Source: Nitrospirales bacterium (GTDB taxonomy: Bacteria; Nitrospirota; Nitrospiria; Nitrospirales; UBA8639). From it: a stretch of DNA of 64,000 nt. The notes under the pieces were generated by a model. It was not told the origin of the DNA, made no database searches, and saw nothing but the letters and a program-made list of their open reading frames with translations. The DNA is taken from the NCBI GenBank assembly GCA_965203295.1, contig CBDBCZ010000019.1, positions 2,496,001-2,560,000 of the forward strand, in the 5' to 3' direction. Below, one piece after another: positions 1 through 9,226 of this stretch. The position numbers and the translations under genes are program-made. Positions within the stretch are counted from its first letter, which is position 1. Each line of letters begins with the position of its first letter.

Positions 1-4
1 ACAA

Positions 5-868
5 TTGGAAACCATACGACGCAGGAAAGATGGAAAGAACATTCAAGTGGCCATCACCATATCTCCCATCACTGATCAAGGAGGACAGCTGATCGGATCG
101 TCCATCTTAGCGTACGACATCACGGAGCGAAAACAACGTGAAAAGGATCTGGCTGATAAAACTGAGGAATTGGCTCGATCAAACCAAGAATTACAGCAAT
201 TTGCCTATGTGGCATCGCATGATTTGCAAGAGCCGTTGCAGATGGTTTCCAGTTACACTCAACTTCTCGGAAAACGATACAAGGGGAAACTCGACACCGA
301 TGCGGATGAGTTTATTGGCTTTGCCGTCGATGGAGCGAATCGGATGCAGCAATTGATCCGTGATCTTTTGGAATACTCTCGAGTTGGCGCGAAAGAAACT
401 CCGATTGAACCCACGGATTGTCACGCGATTATGCACAACGTCATTGAGAACCTCTCCTCATCAATCAAAGAAACTGAAGCCCATATTACAACCGACAAGT
501 TGCCCACGTTGAACGCGAATGCCACGCAGCTTTCTCAGCTTTTTCAAAATCTCCTCGGGAATGCGATTAAATTCAAGGGGGAAGGTCGACCGACAGTTCA
601 CGTGACAGCTAAAAAAGAAAGGATTGATTGGCAATTTGCATTCCGAGACAACGGGATTGGGATTCCAGCTGATCAACAACAACGGATTTTTGATATCTTT
701 CAACGTCTGTACAGCCGATCCGAATACCCGGGAACGGGGATCGGTCTGGCCATTTGCAAGAAGATTGTCGAACGTCATGGTGGGAGAATTTGGGTAGTCT
801 CAAGTCCTGGAGAAGGAGCGACCTTTTACTTCACCCTTTCTTCCGACCTGGAGAATTCAGCAACGTGA
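5..868 (+). CDS. Sensor histidine kinase, C-terminal part (PAC-HisKA-HATPase), bacteriophytochrome/Cph1-type kinase family; 5' end lies outside the window
   Basis: H-box FAYVASHDLQEPL, N-box QLFQNLLGNAIKF, G1 DNGIGI, G2 GTGIGLAICKKIVERHGG; PAC-like N-terminal segment. Confidence 0.92.
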   Translation: METIRRRKDGKNIQVAITISPITDQGGQLIGSSILAYDITERKQREKDLADKTEELARSNQELQQFAYVASHDLQEPLQMVSSYTQLLGKRYKGKLDTDADEFIGFAVDGANRMQQLIRDLLEYSRVGAKETPIEPTDCHAIMHNVIENLSSSIKETEAHITTDKLPTLNANATQLSQLFQNLLGNAIKFKGEGRPTVHVTAKKERIDWQFAFRDNGIGIPADQQQRIFDIFQRLYSRSEYPGTGIGLAICKKIVERHGGRIWVVSSPGEGATFYFTLSSDLENSAT

Positions 869-1311
869 AAAGGGGAAATCCTTCGCGAGCTATAGACATA
901 CTCGTAGTCGAAGATAATCCTGGGGACGTTCGTCTCTTGCAGGAGGCGCTTCACGAGTCTCGTATTGAACATGTTTTGCATCATGTCAGTGATGGAGAAA
1001 AAGCGTTGTCCTTTCTTCACCAAACACATGAATATCGTCAAGCCCAAAGACCAGATCTTATTCTTTTGGATTTCAATCTCCCTAAAAAAGATGGCCGTCA
1101 AGTGCTGGTAGAAATTAAACAGGATAGTCGTTTTCGACACATTCCCGTCATTGTTCTGACCTCTTCCCAATCGCCAGAGGATAGCGCTCAGGCATACGGT
1201 CTTGGGGCTCACTGTTTTTACACCAAACCTCATACTCTCGAAAAATATACAAATCTTGTGAACGAGGTTGAAAATATTTGGGTCGGGTTGTCACACTTGC
1301 AGGATGAATAA
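865..1311 (+). CDS. Single-domain response regulator (Rcp1-like)
   Basis: ILVVEDNPGD, PDLILLDFNLPKKDG, IPVIVLTSS, KP; GTG start overlaps kinase stop (GTGA). Confidence 0.9.
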   Translation: MKRGNPSRAIDILVVEDNPGDVRLLQEALHESRIEHVLHHVSDGEKALSFLHQTHEYRQAQRPDLILLDFNLPKKDGRQVLVEIKQDSRFRHIPVIVLTSSQSPEDSAQAYGLGAHCFYTKPHTLEKYTNLVNEVENIWVGLSHLQDE

Positions 1312-1329
1312 CGTGAAAGGAATGATTCA

Positions 1330-3081
1330 ATGGGCATGACCAGAGTTCTCCTCACAGAAGACAACCCCGGAGACCAACGACTCCTTAAGGAATTCCTGAA
1401 GGAATCCAAAGATCATAACATCGACGTCACAACGGTCGAGTCCCTACAAGAAAGCTGCGCCCGTCTAACAGATTCTCGCTTTGATTTAGTTTTATTGGAT
1501 TTATCTCTACCAGATAGCCAAGGCCTTGACACATTCAGAAAAATTCATGCCGTTCAACCAACCCTACCCATTGTCGTGTTAACCGGTTTAGACGATCGAG
1601 AAACCGCGATTCAGGCCCTTCGGGAAGGTGCTCAAGATTATCTGATCAAAGGGGAAGTCGGGGGGAACCTTTTGAATCGCGCCATTCAGTATGCAGTTGA
1701 ACGAAGAAAGACTCAAACAGAGCTGGAGCATTTATTCAACCAGGTGGAAAAAAATCGTGATAATTTATTGTCTATTCTGAATGAACTCCACATCGGCACC
1801 TTGTTAATGGATGAACAAGGCGTTGTTCTCTACGCGAGTGTCGTGGCCCATCGTCTATTGGGCAAAACAAATGAAGAATTAGAAGGACAGCCATGGAGCA
1901 AGGGCACAGGTTTCAATAATCAAGACATCGATCAGTTACAGAAAATGCTAGAGCAGGAACCAAAGAACCGAACGAAAGTTTCTGTTTCCCTGACTATGCC
2001 CAAAAACAAACGGCATTGGATTGATGTGGATATTAAAAATGATCCGAGGGACCAACAGGCAAGGATGTTTTTCCTCTACGACGTCACCGAAATTGTTGAT
2101 CTTCGCCGACTCCTGGACGAACAAAGCCCATTTCATGACCTCATTGGGAAAAGCCAGCCCATGCAAGAGGTGTATAAACGCATTCGGACCTTGGCCGAAG
2201 TTGATTCCACCGTCCTCATAGAAGGCGAAACAGGGACAGGAAAAGAGTTGGTCGCGAGAGCCATCCATTTTTCCAGCTCTCGAAAAAACAAGCCTTTCCT
2301 CGCCGTCAATTGCGCGGGCCTTACCGAATCACTTTTGGGGAGTCAGCTATTTGGGCACAAACGGGGTGCTTTCACCGGTGCCTCAACTGACCATAAAGGG
2401 TTTTTTGAAGCCGCAACAGGAGGTACGATCTTCCTTGATGAAATTGGTGACATGCCCATGAGTGTGCAAACTAATCTTCTGCGTGTCCTACAAGAGAAGG
2501 AAATTACCAGACTTGGCGAATCCCAACCACGGAAAGTCGACATGCGGATCGTTACCACTACCCACCAAGATCTAAACAATCAAGTGTCAAAGGGAATTTT
2601 TCGTGCTGACCTTCTCTATCGTATTCGAGTGGGGAGGATTTCCATCCCTCCACTGAGGGAACGCCAAGAAGACATTCCATTAATGGTCGCCGCCTTTCTG
2701 AGTCAATGTCGCAAATCAATGGGAAAATTTCATGTGCAAGAAATCAGCAGTGATGCTCTCAAGTACTTATCTCTGTACCGTTGGCCAGGCAACGTGCGCG
2801 AATTGAAAAGCGTCATAGAATTTTCGGTCCTTCAATGTTCAGATCCCATTATCCACACCAAAGAGCTGCCACCAGAAATTCTTCAAGCCGCCGAATTCCG
2901 CCAAGATACGTCTCCAGCCGCCGCAGTGCCAGATCGAACTGGTTCAGGGGAAAAGGATAAGGACCAAATCCTCAGCGCACTTGAACAAACGAAGGGAAAC
3001 CGAACCGCAGCCGCAAAAATGATGGGGGTCAGTCGTGCCACATTTTATCGTTGGCTCGATGACCTCGGCATTAGTCCCTAA
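1330..3081 (+). CDS. Sigma-54-dependent transcriptional activator (REC-PAS-AAA+-Fis HTH)
   Basis: Receiver LLDLSLPD; Walker A GETGTGKE; intact GAFTGA; Walker B IFLDEIG; WPGNVREL; HTH AAKMMGVSRATFYRWL. Confidence 0.95.
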   Translation: MGMTRVLLTEDNPGDQRLLKEFLKESKDHNIDVTTVESLQESCARLTDSRFDLVLLDLSLPDSQGLDTFRKIHAVQPTLPIVVLTGLDDRETAIQALREGAQDYLIKGEVGGNLLNRAIQYAVERRKTQTELEHLFNQVEKNRDNLLSILNELHIGTLLMDEQGVVLYASVVAHRLLGKTNEELEGQPWSKGTGFNNQDIDQLQKMLEQEPKNRTKVSVSLTMPKNKRHWIDVDIKNDPRDQQARMFFLYDVTEIVDLRRLLDEQSPFHDLIGKSQPMQEVYKRIRTLAEVDSTVLIEGETGTGKELVARAIHFSSSRKNKPFLAVNCAGLTESLLGSQLFGHKRGAFTGASTDHKGFFEAATGGTIFLDEIGDMPMSVQTNLLRVLQEKEITRLGESQPRKVDMRIVTTTHQDLNNQVSKGIFRADLLYRIRVGRISIPPLRERQEDIPLMVAAFLSQCRKSMGKFHVQEISSDALKYLSLYRWPGNVRELKSVIEFSVLQCSDPIIHTKELPPEILQAAEFRQDTSPAAAVPDRTGSGEKDKDQILSALEQTKGNRTAAAKMMGVSRATFYRWLDDLGISP

Positions 3082-3118
3082 CCTCAGCCACACTTTTTTA
3101 CTTCCAACCGAAATCCTC

Positions 3119-3162
3119 TGAGACCTCAGTGAGACATATTTTGAGACGGTCGAATGTCTCAA
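3119..3162. promoter_or_regulatory. Putative enhancer (UAS) for a sigma-54 activator, copy 1
   Basis: TGAGAC at 3119, 3130 and 3142; palindrome TTGAGAC-N8-GTCTCAA at 3141-3162; same arrangement recurs at 5538-5589. Confidence 0.7.
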
Positions 3163-3231
3163 GAACTGTGCCGAATGTCGCACGCAAAAACTCAAATCTC
3201 TGTTTTTAATGGTTTTTTTGTTTAGCCATTA

Positions 3232-3246
3232 TGGCACGTTAATTAA
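3232..3246 (+). promoter_or_regulatory. Putative sigma-54 promoter (-24 TGGCACG, degenerate -12)
   Basis: TGGCACGTTAATTAA: -24 box perfect, -12 is TTAA instead of TTGC; preceded by T-rich spacer and UAS. Confidence 0.5.
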
Positions 3247-3305
3247 TTATGTGTGAACAAGTGCAACATCTCTACAGTGCATGATGTTCACAAGAAGATG
3301 AAACC

Positions 3306-3635
3306 ATGTCTCAAGAAAAACCACTTCCTGGCCACGGTTAGGATGATCATTCTCAACCTCAATCATCGGGTAGACCGAAATCACAACAAACGACAGGATA
3401 TGCACGCACCCATGTTTGCCCTCGTTGCGGAGGAACCCTGATCCTCGAGAATCAAACAAACCTGACAAATGATGCAGGGCAGTTATTATTAATCTTCCGT
3501 CGCTGCATACAATGTGGAAACGTCGTTTACCCTGATAATCATCCACGCGAAATGACAGGTTCAAGAGAGGAAAATGTTTCTAAACCGAACAGACAGGAAC
3601 GCTCAAAAAAGCGAAAGCCTAAAAGTCGTCTTTGA
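3306..3635 (+). pseudogene. Small Zn-ribbon protein (CPRC...CIQC), paralog of 5738..6043, with an in-frame TAG at 3339-3341
   Basis: Manual translation MSQEKPLPGHG*DDHSQ...HVCPRCGGTLILENQTNLTNDAGQLLLIFRRCIQCGNVVYP...; not in the ORF track. Confidence 0.7.
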
Positions 3636-3739
3636 CGGTTAACCCGATGTACGAGGAAACAGAGAATGCGGACTTGACCGCTCATCATGGAGACTAACTG
3701 GAGCAATCCTTAACAACCATAACTCAACGTCACACCGAA

Positions 3740-4192
3740 ATGAGAAAGAAATTGATAAAGCAAACAAAACAGAAAACCCTGGAGATATTGGTGGTCGAAG
3801 ACAACCCTGCCGACATTCGCCTCATGCAAGAGGCCTTAAAGGAAAGCCGACTAACCTCTACTTTGCATGTGGCCAGAGACGGTGTTGAGGCTCTCAAATA
3901 TTTTGAACGAAATATTGAGGACGAATCGAGGCGTTTTCCTGACCTCATTCTCTTAGATCTAAACCTTTCCGGAAGCCATGGGTTTGAGGTGCTTTCTCGT
4001 CTCAAATCCGATCCTCGACTTCTGAGAATCCCGGTCATTGTTCTGAGTTCCTCCGCGAGGCAAGAAGACATCTTAAAATCCTATGATCTCCACGCGAACT
4101 GCTACATACGCAAACCGGTCGACCTCGAACCTTTTGTCGAATTAATTCAATCAATAGAAAACTTTTGGTCGCGCGTTGCCCGACTTTCCTAA
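3740..4192 (+). CDS. Single-domain response regulator (Rcp1-like)
   Basis: ILVVEDNPAD, PDLILLDLN, IPVIVLSSS, ANCYIRKP, IENFW. Confidence 0.9.
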   Translation: MRKKLIKQTKQKTLEILVVEDNPADIRLMQEALKESRLTSTLHVARDGVEALKYFERNIEDESRRFPDLILLDLNLSGSHGFEVLSRLKSDPRLLRIPVIVLSSSARQEDILKSYDLHANCYIRKPVDLEPFVELIQSIENFWSRVARLS

Positions 4193-4222
4193 TTTCGAAT
4201 AACAAAATCTCTAGGCTAACCA

Positions 4223-4303
4223 TTGGGAGTGACCAAACTGAAAACAAAGAAACCACCCCATGCTAAAAACCCGGTGGTAGTTTGGTTTCGCCAAGATTTG
4301 AGG
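4223..4303 (+). pseudogene. N-terminal stub of a DNA photolyase/cryptochrome, truncated at the transposase element
   Basis: ...KNPVVVWFRQDLR matches the photolyase N-terminal WFRxDLR motif; similarity stops where the GGGGTCA element end begins. Confidence 0.65.
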
Positions 4304-4309
4304 GGTCAA

Positions 4310-5313
4310 AAATGGGGTCATTGCTTGACTTTATATTTCATTCCCGATAGCCTTCCCCTGCTATGGCTCGACAGTTGCGTCTGGAGTATGAAGGTGCCCT
4401 CTATCATGTGACCGTGCTGGGGAACGGGCAGCAGGTCATCTATATCGATGATACGGACCGAAGCCGATTCCTCGAACTCCTCGGGCGTGAAGTTGGCCAA
4501 CAACACTGGCGATGCTATGCCTATTGTTTGATGGACAACCATTACCACCTCCTGCTCGAAACGCCCGAAGGGAACCTCAGCGGCGGGATGCGACGGCTGA
4601 ATGGGACGTACACGCAAGGGTTTAACCGTCGCTATCGACGGGTGAGGCATGTCCTCCAAGGCCGGTTTAAAAGCCTTCTTGTTGAGAAGGAAGCCTACTT
4701 GTTGGAACTTTGTCGCTATATCGTGCTCAATCCCGTGCGAGCACATTTGGTACGCAAAGTCCAAGATTTGGTCGTGGAGTAGTTATCGGGCGACCGCGGG
4801 TCGGCAGTCCGTCCCGAGGTGGTTGGAGGTGGCGGCGGTCCTCCGCTTCTTTCACCGGACGCAAGAAGCCGCTCAACAGCGCTACCAACAGTTTGTTCGG
4901 GAAGAGGTCGAAGCCCCCTCCACGTGGGCCCAGGTGCGTGGGCAGATATTCTTGGGGAACGAGGCATTCTTGGCCAAAATGGCACAGTTGGTGAAGAGGC
5001 AGTCGCTGACAAATGTCCCTCGTGCACAGACGCAGCCCACCAGCCTGACCTGGGACGAGGTGTTGGCCCGGGTGGGGCACGTGTATCACCTCAAGCCCAA
5101 GGCCCTGCTCACGCGGGCACACCCGGAGGCGTATCAGTGTGCGGCCTGGCTGCTGCGGCGTGTCGCGAACGAACCGCTGGGGGTGGTGGCTCACCGGTTT
5201 GGGGTGTCCCCATCTCGGATCTCTCATATTCAACGGGCTCTCGAGATCCACGGGCTCAGTCATCAGCAGGCCAAGGCGCAGAAATGGTGTCGAGTCAAGC
5301 AATGACCCCATTT
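4310..5313 (+). mobile_element. RAYT (REP-associated tyrosine transposase, IS200-like Y1) element bounded by perfect 21-bp inverted repeats
   Basis: AAATGGGGTCATTGCTTGACT (4310-4330) and AGTCAAGCAATGACCCCATTT (5293-5313); visibly GC-richer than flanks. Confidence 0.85.
4363..5305 (+). pseudogene. Y1/HUH transposase (RAYT type) with C-terminal HTH; frameshift near 4768
   Basis: MARQLR...YHV, AYCLMDNHYHLL (HUH), QGRFKS, RYIVLNPVRA; W.WSSYRAT continues in another frame; stop codon lies inside the right repeat. Confidence 0.85.
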
Positions 5314-5537
5314 CCAATCTTGCCCATGCCGTATCTAGAATCGCTTCAGTAACAGCCTGCAGGCTTCTCAATATACTCGATCTCACCCTGACCACTCTGA
5401 CGGGTCGCATCTAGCTCTCCAAATAATACGCTTTCTCCACTCTGTCCTTCTTTTTTAGCTTTTCCTGCAGAATTTCTACCAAACGATTGGACCGTTTTGC
5501 GTTGTAAGGTCAAAACCGCTCGTCTAGAGGTCGAATC

Positions 5538-5589
5538 GTCTCATAGACCTCATCATGAGACATTTAAATGAGACATAATGATGTCTCAT
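5538..5589. promoter_or_regulatory. Putative enhancer (UAS) for a sigma-54 activator, copy 2
   Basis: GTCTCA at 5538, TGAGAC at 5556 and 5569; palindrome ATGAGACAT-AATG-ATGTCTCAT (5568-5589), same N8 core spacing as copy 1. Confidence 0.72.
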
Positions 5590-5671
5590 CCATCCGTTTC
5601 AAGTTTTTGCCAGAATTCTCAATTTAGTCATAAGTATTTAGTTTTTAAAAGAATTTTCAGTTTTATTTTAT

Positions 5672-5686
5672 TGGCACAATAATTGA
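5672..5686 (+). promoter_or_regulatory. Putative sigma-54 promoter
   Basis: TGGCACAATAATTGA (-24 TGGCAC, -12 TTGA), AT-rich spacer upstream, gene with AGGAGG RBS ~50 bp downstream. Confidence 0.65.
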
Positions 5687-5737
5687 TTAAGGAATGTCAG
5701 AGAGACATTCGGCGGTAGATAAAAAAGGAGGGAAAAA

Positions 5738-6043
5738 ATGAACACTCAAATATTTCATTCACAAAAAGGAGTGATGCTTCAAGAAGAATGGCGATCTTCA
5801 GAAACGATCGCAAGTTCCAACATGTGTGGACGCTGTGGAGGAATTCTTGTGGTGGAAAACTGCCTAGATGTGAGGGATGAAACTGGACAAATGCGTTTTG
5901 AGGCGATGCGTTGTGTCCAGTGTGGCGACGTTCTGGACCCTCTCATCATGAAAAATAGATCACGCCCAATTGCCAAGCCAATAAAAGCAACATCAAGACG
6001 GTCTTGGCCAAGACTTCAATGTCTGACTCGTCAAGCAACGTAG
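5738..6043 (+). CDS. Small Zn-ribbon protein (CGRC...CVQC), unknown function
   Basis: Two CxxC pairs, DPLIMKNR tail, RBS AAGGAGG. Confidence 0.8.
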   Translation: MNTQIFHSQKGVMLQEEWRSSETIASSNMCGRCGGILVVENCLDVRDETGQMRFEAMRCVQCGDVLDPLIMKNRSRPIAKPIKATSRRSWPRLQCLTRQAT

Positions 6044-6121
6044 GCCAGAGAAAGGAAGGAAATTGTGACAACGACATTAACAACCATGAAATCAAAAATC
6101 TTGTTCAATGAAGGAGGAAAA

Positions 6122-7069
6122 ATGGTCATGAGTAACGTATCAAAAACAATTAAGATTTCAGCGATTGCAACGTCTTTTTTGTTCTGTACATGGGCGAATG
6201 TTCAGGCTCAAGGCAAGGAAAATATGGCCCTCATTCCGCAAGGTGAATTCACCATGGGGAGTGCTGACCATAGTGATGAGATTCCTCATCAGGTGGTCCT
6301 GGATTCTTATTACATGGACAAATTTGAGGTTTCGAACAAGGACTACAAGGAATTTATGAAATCGACGGGCCATCCAGCCCCAGCCTACTGGGATGATCCA
6401 AGATTAAATAAGTCCAATCAACCTGTCGTAGGAGTCAACTGGTACGACGGAAATGCGTTCTGTGAATGGAAAGGGAAAAGACTGCCAACTGAGGCGGAAT
6501 GGGAAAGAGCTGCAAAAGATCCTGATGGATCCCATTATCCTTGGGGACACAAGATCGGTCCGACCAAGGCCAATTACGGGCAAAATGTTGGCAAGACCAA
6601 GCCAGTAGACGCCTACCCCGAAGGTGTGAGCGGGTATGGAATGTACAACATGGCAGGTAATGTTTTTGAATGGGTGAGCGACTGGTATGACCCCAATTAC
6701 TTCAAGGTGAGTGCTGCCCTGAATCCTCAAGGTCCTCCGACGGGGTACAACTTTGCCAACCAAGGCCCTGTGAAGGTCTTAAAAGGTGGGTCCTGGCTTG
6801 CTCCAGTCTCTTCGCTTCACACCAGCCACCGTTTCTGGAATCAGCCAGAAAACAACTCCTACGGAGTAGGTCTTGGTTTCCGTTGCGCCCAATCTCTGGG
6901 AGCAGATACTGATGAGATGGTGCGCTACAACTACATGCACGCCCTGATCAGCATGGGCAAGGAGCGTTGGAATGATGCGTTAAAGTCCATCGACAAGGCA
7001 TTGGCCAATGACCCGGAAAACGTAGAATACAAGCAAACTCGAGCACTCATCATGACGCATCTCAATTAG
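6122..7069 (+). CDS. Secreted FGE-sulfatase (SUMF1/EgtB/PvdO family) protein with C-terminal TPR-like helices
   Basis: Signal peptide ending VQA; FTMGS, RLPTEAEWERAA, NMAGNVFEW, KGGSW, GFRC; no FGE catalytic Cys pair. Confidence 0.88.
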   Translation: MVMSNVSKTIKISAIATSFLFCTWANVQAQGKENMALIPQGEFTMGSADHSDEIPHQVVLDSYYMDKFEVSNKDYKEFMKSTGHPAPAYWDDPRLNKSNQPVVGVNWYDGNAFCEWKGKRLPTEAEWERAAKDPDGSHYPWGHKIGPTKANYGQNVGKTKPVDAYPEGVSGYGMYNMAGNVFEWVSDWYDPNYFKVSAALNPQGPPTGYNFANQGPVKVLKGGSWLAPVSSLHTSHRFWNQPENNSYGVGLGFRCAQSLGADTDEMVRYNYMHALISMGKERWNDALKSIDKALANDPENVEYKQTRALIMTHLN

Positions 7070-7085
7070 GATTTGCTACGAGATT

Positions 7086-7119
7086 GGCTGGATGGTCGGC
7101 AATCGCTGACCATCCAGTC
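7086..7119 (+). other. Intra-operon 15-bp stem-loop
   Basis: GGCTGGATGGTCGGC-AATC-GCTGACCATCCAGTC with two G-U pairs, no U-tract. Confidence 0.6.
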
Positions 7120-7157
7120 CCGCATCAGCCGAAGTCAATCGCCAAGAGAGTTTCAAC

Positions 7158-7517
7158 ATGAGCAAGCTAATCATCTTCATCGTGCTCTTCACTGCGACAT
7201 GGGGCACACAAGCAACAGCAAATCCGATCCACCTGCCGAACAATCATAAGATGGACATGCAGTCATCCATACACGATTCCTCTCACGCCGTCGATGAGGC
7301 ATGGGAGGCATTTCATCGCGCCGCTCTTGGCGGAACGCTCGCCTCCCCTGCCGTCCAAGTCGATATCGAATTATCCCTTCACAAGGCCAGAGAACTTCTC
7401 ATCATGGCGAATGATTCTATGGATGAAGGAGACAAACAAACTGTTGTCCATCTGTCATCTGAGATCATACAGATCACAGAAAAAATCAAACGAGAAAGTC
7501 AGAGGACGAAACGATGA
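7158..7517 (+). CDS. Small secreted His-containing helical protein, unknown function
   Basis: Signal peptide (..TQATA), amphipathic helices, several His; stop overlaps next start (ATGA). Confidence 0.75.
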   Translation: MSKLIIFIVLFTATWGTQATANPIHLPNNHKMDMQSSIHDSSHAVDEAWEAFHRAALGGTLASPAVQVDIELSLHKARELLIMANDSMDEGDKQTVVHLSSEIIQITEKIKRESQRTKR

Positions 7518-8338
7518 AAGTTGTTACCAGTATATTATTGGCCTTCTCCATCCTCATTTTTTCGGGTTCTATGGCACAAGCCGTCCATCCATCTGACAGC
7601 ATAGACCCTGCTCCCATGGTCGAGATCCCGGAAAGATCCTTCATTCGAGGAAGTGTAGAAGACGAGGGGAGATCCGACGAAACTCCGAGACGGAAGATTT
7701 ATCTCGATGCTTTCCAGATTGACCAGTACGAGGTCACTAATGGCCAATACATAAAATTTTTATTAGCCACAGGCCACAAGGAACCCTTTAACGTATACGG
7801 AGAAGGATCTCTCCTCAAGGTTGACGGAATCTCCAGATTGCCCGTGGTTCAAGTGACCTGGCATGACGCTGCAGATTATTGTCGTTGGGCCGGCAAAAGA
7901 CTACCGACAGAAGCCGAGTGGGAGAAAGCGGCTCGCGGCACCAAAGGACAAGTATATCCATGGGGAGAATCGCCTGCCACGTCGCACCTTGCAAATTTTG
8001 ATCGTGATTGGGATGACAAGAACACCCTGCTCCCAATCGGAAGCCTTCCAGAGGGAATGTCCCCTTACGAAGCGTATGACATGGCTGGCAATGTGAGAGA
8101 GTGGGTTCAGGACTGGTATGCGCATGACTATTACCAAACTTCGCCCAATCGCAATCCAAAAGGGCCAAAATCCGGGATACTCAAAGTACTTCGAGGGGGG
8201 TCCTGGCATAGTTTCGATGCTGACATACGAGCCGCAGCGAGAGGGAAGGGAGGGTTTGCCCTCAAAACCCATGGAGTGGGATTCCGCTGCGCTCGAGATA
8301 AAGAACTGAATAAAAAAATCAATCACAAACATGAATAA
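7514..8338 (+). CDS. Secreted FGE-sulfatase (SUMF1/EgtB/PvdO family) protein
   Basis: Signal peptide; YEVTN, PVVQVTWHDA, RLPTEAEWEKAARG, DMAGNVREW, RGGSW, GFRC. Confidence 0.9.
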   Translation: MKVVTSILLAFSILIFSGSMAQAVHPSDSIDPAPMVEIPERSFIRGSVEDEGRSDETPRRKIYLDAFQIDQYEVTNGQYIKFLLATGHKEPFNVYGEGSLLKVDGISRLPVVQVTWHDAADYCRWAGKRLPTEAEWEKAARGTKGQVYPWGESPATSHLANFDRDWDDKNTLLPIGSLPEGMSPYEAYDMAGNVREWVQDWYAHDYYQTSPNRNPKGPKSGILKVLRGGSWHSFDADIRAAARGKGGFALKTHGVGFRCARDKELNKKINHKHE

Positions 8339-8498
8339 ATACATCCCATCGTCAATCACTATGGACCAAAAGATGGATATGTTTTTCAATTAGAGTCAGG
8401 ATCTCAAGATTGTACTGAATGAAGCAATCAGCAGCAGGAAAGCGTTTAAACAATTCTTGCTATGGTGACTACAGATGATTGTTTTTAAGAACCAAAAA

Positions 8499-9152
8499 AT
8501 GAAACGAGAATCATTGGTAAGAACTTTCTTAATATTTGCTTCTGCTGTGATCGTGGCGTCAGCGGGCTTGTTTTTTTCTCAGGCTCTAGGAGCAGAGAAT
8601 GCAGAATATAGAATGAAACCAGAAACTGTCGCTAACTATCTTCATGCAATCATCGAAGCAGATAGAACGCTTTATGCATTACATGTCATTGAAAGGATGC
8701 AAGAAACGGGAACAGTTATTGCTTCAGAAGGCTGGAAACATAGGAATGCTCTTCCGCTTCCTGCTCAGATGCTGATGATGGCAGGCCAAAGAGTGGAAGA
8801 AAAAGGACTTGGGCTGCAGTATCGACTTGTCAGTCTGTGGCCGATATACGAAAAAAATGGTGTTAGGAGTGCCTATGAAACAGAAGGACTGGAGACCCTG
8901 TCCAAAGATCCAACAAAACCTTACTACAGAATCATAGAGGAAAACGGCAGGCCATACTTCAAGGCCATTTACGCCGATCTGGCAGTCTCAAAAGCTTGCG
9001 TCAATTGCCACAATACTCATTTACTCAGCACACGACGCGATTACAAACTTGGTGATGTCATGGGGGGGCTGGTGATCTCTTTCTCTATTGATGAGATGGA
9101 ATTGAATGATTCAACCTCAATCAGGAGCACTGGAGAGGTGTTTAGGAAGTAG
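8499..9152 (+). CDS. Periplasmic c-type heme protein, DUF3365/Tll0287-like
   Basis: Signal/anchor; ALPLPA; ACVNCH heme motif followed by YKLGDVMGGLVIS. Confidence 0.8.
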   Translation: MKRESLVRTFLIFASAVIVASAGLFFSQALGAENAEYRMKPETVANYLHAIIEADRTLYALHVIERMQETGTVIASEGWKHRNALPLPAQMLMMAGQRVEEKGLGLQYRLVSLWPIYEKNGVRSAYETEGLETLSKDPTKPYYRIIEENGRPYFKAIYADLAVSKACVNCHNTHLLSTRRDYKLGDVMGGLVISFSIDEMELNDSTSIRSTGEVFRK

Positions 9153-9226
9153 ACAATATCCTCAATGCAAATTTCTGATGGCACTAGATTATTTCTTGGC
9201 AAGCTTACGGTTTAACCAAAAATTCA

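Noticed and set aside
3253..3441. 62-aa ORF from the ORF track
   Set aside because: Overlaps the better-supported Zn-ribbon frame at 3306..3635 and has no recognisable features
6122..8338. True formylglycine-generating enzymes / sulfatase maturation
   Set aside because: Catalytic Cys pair absent and no sulfatase gene nearby
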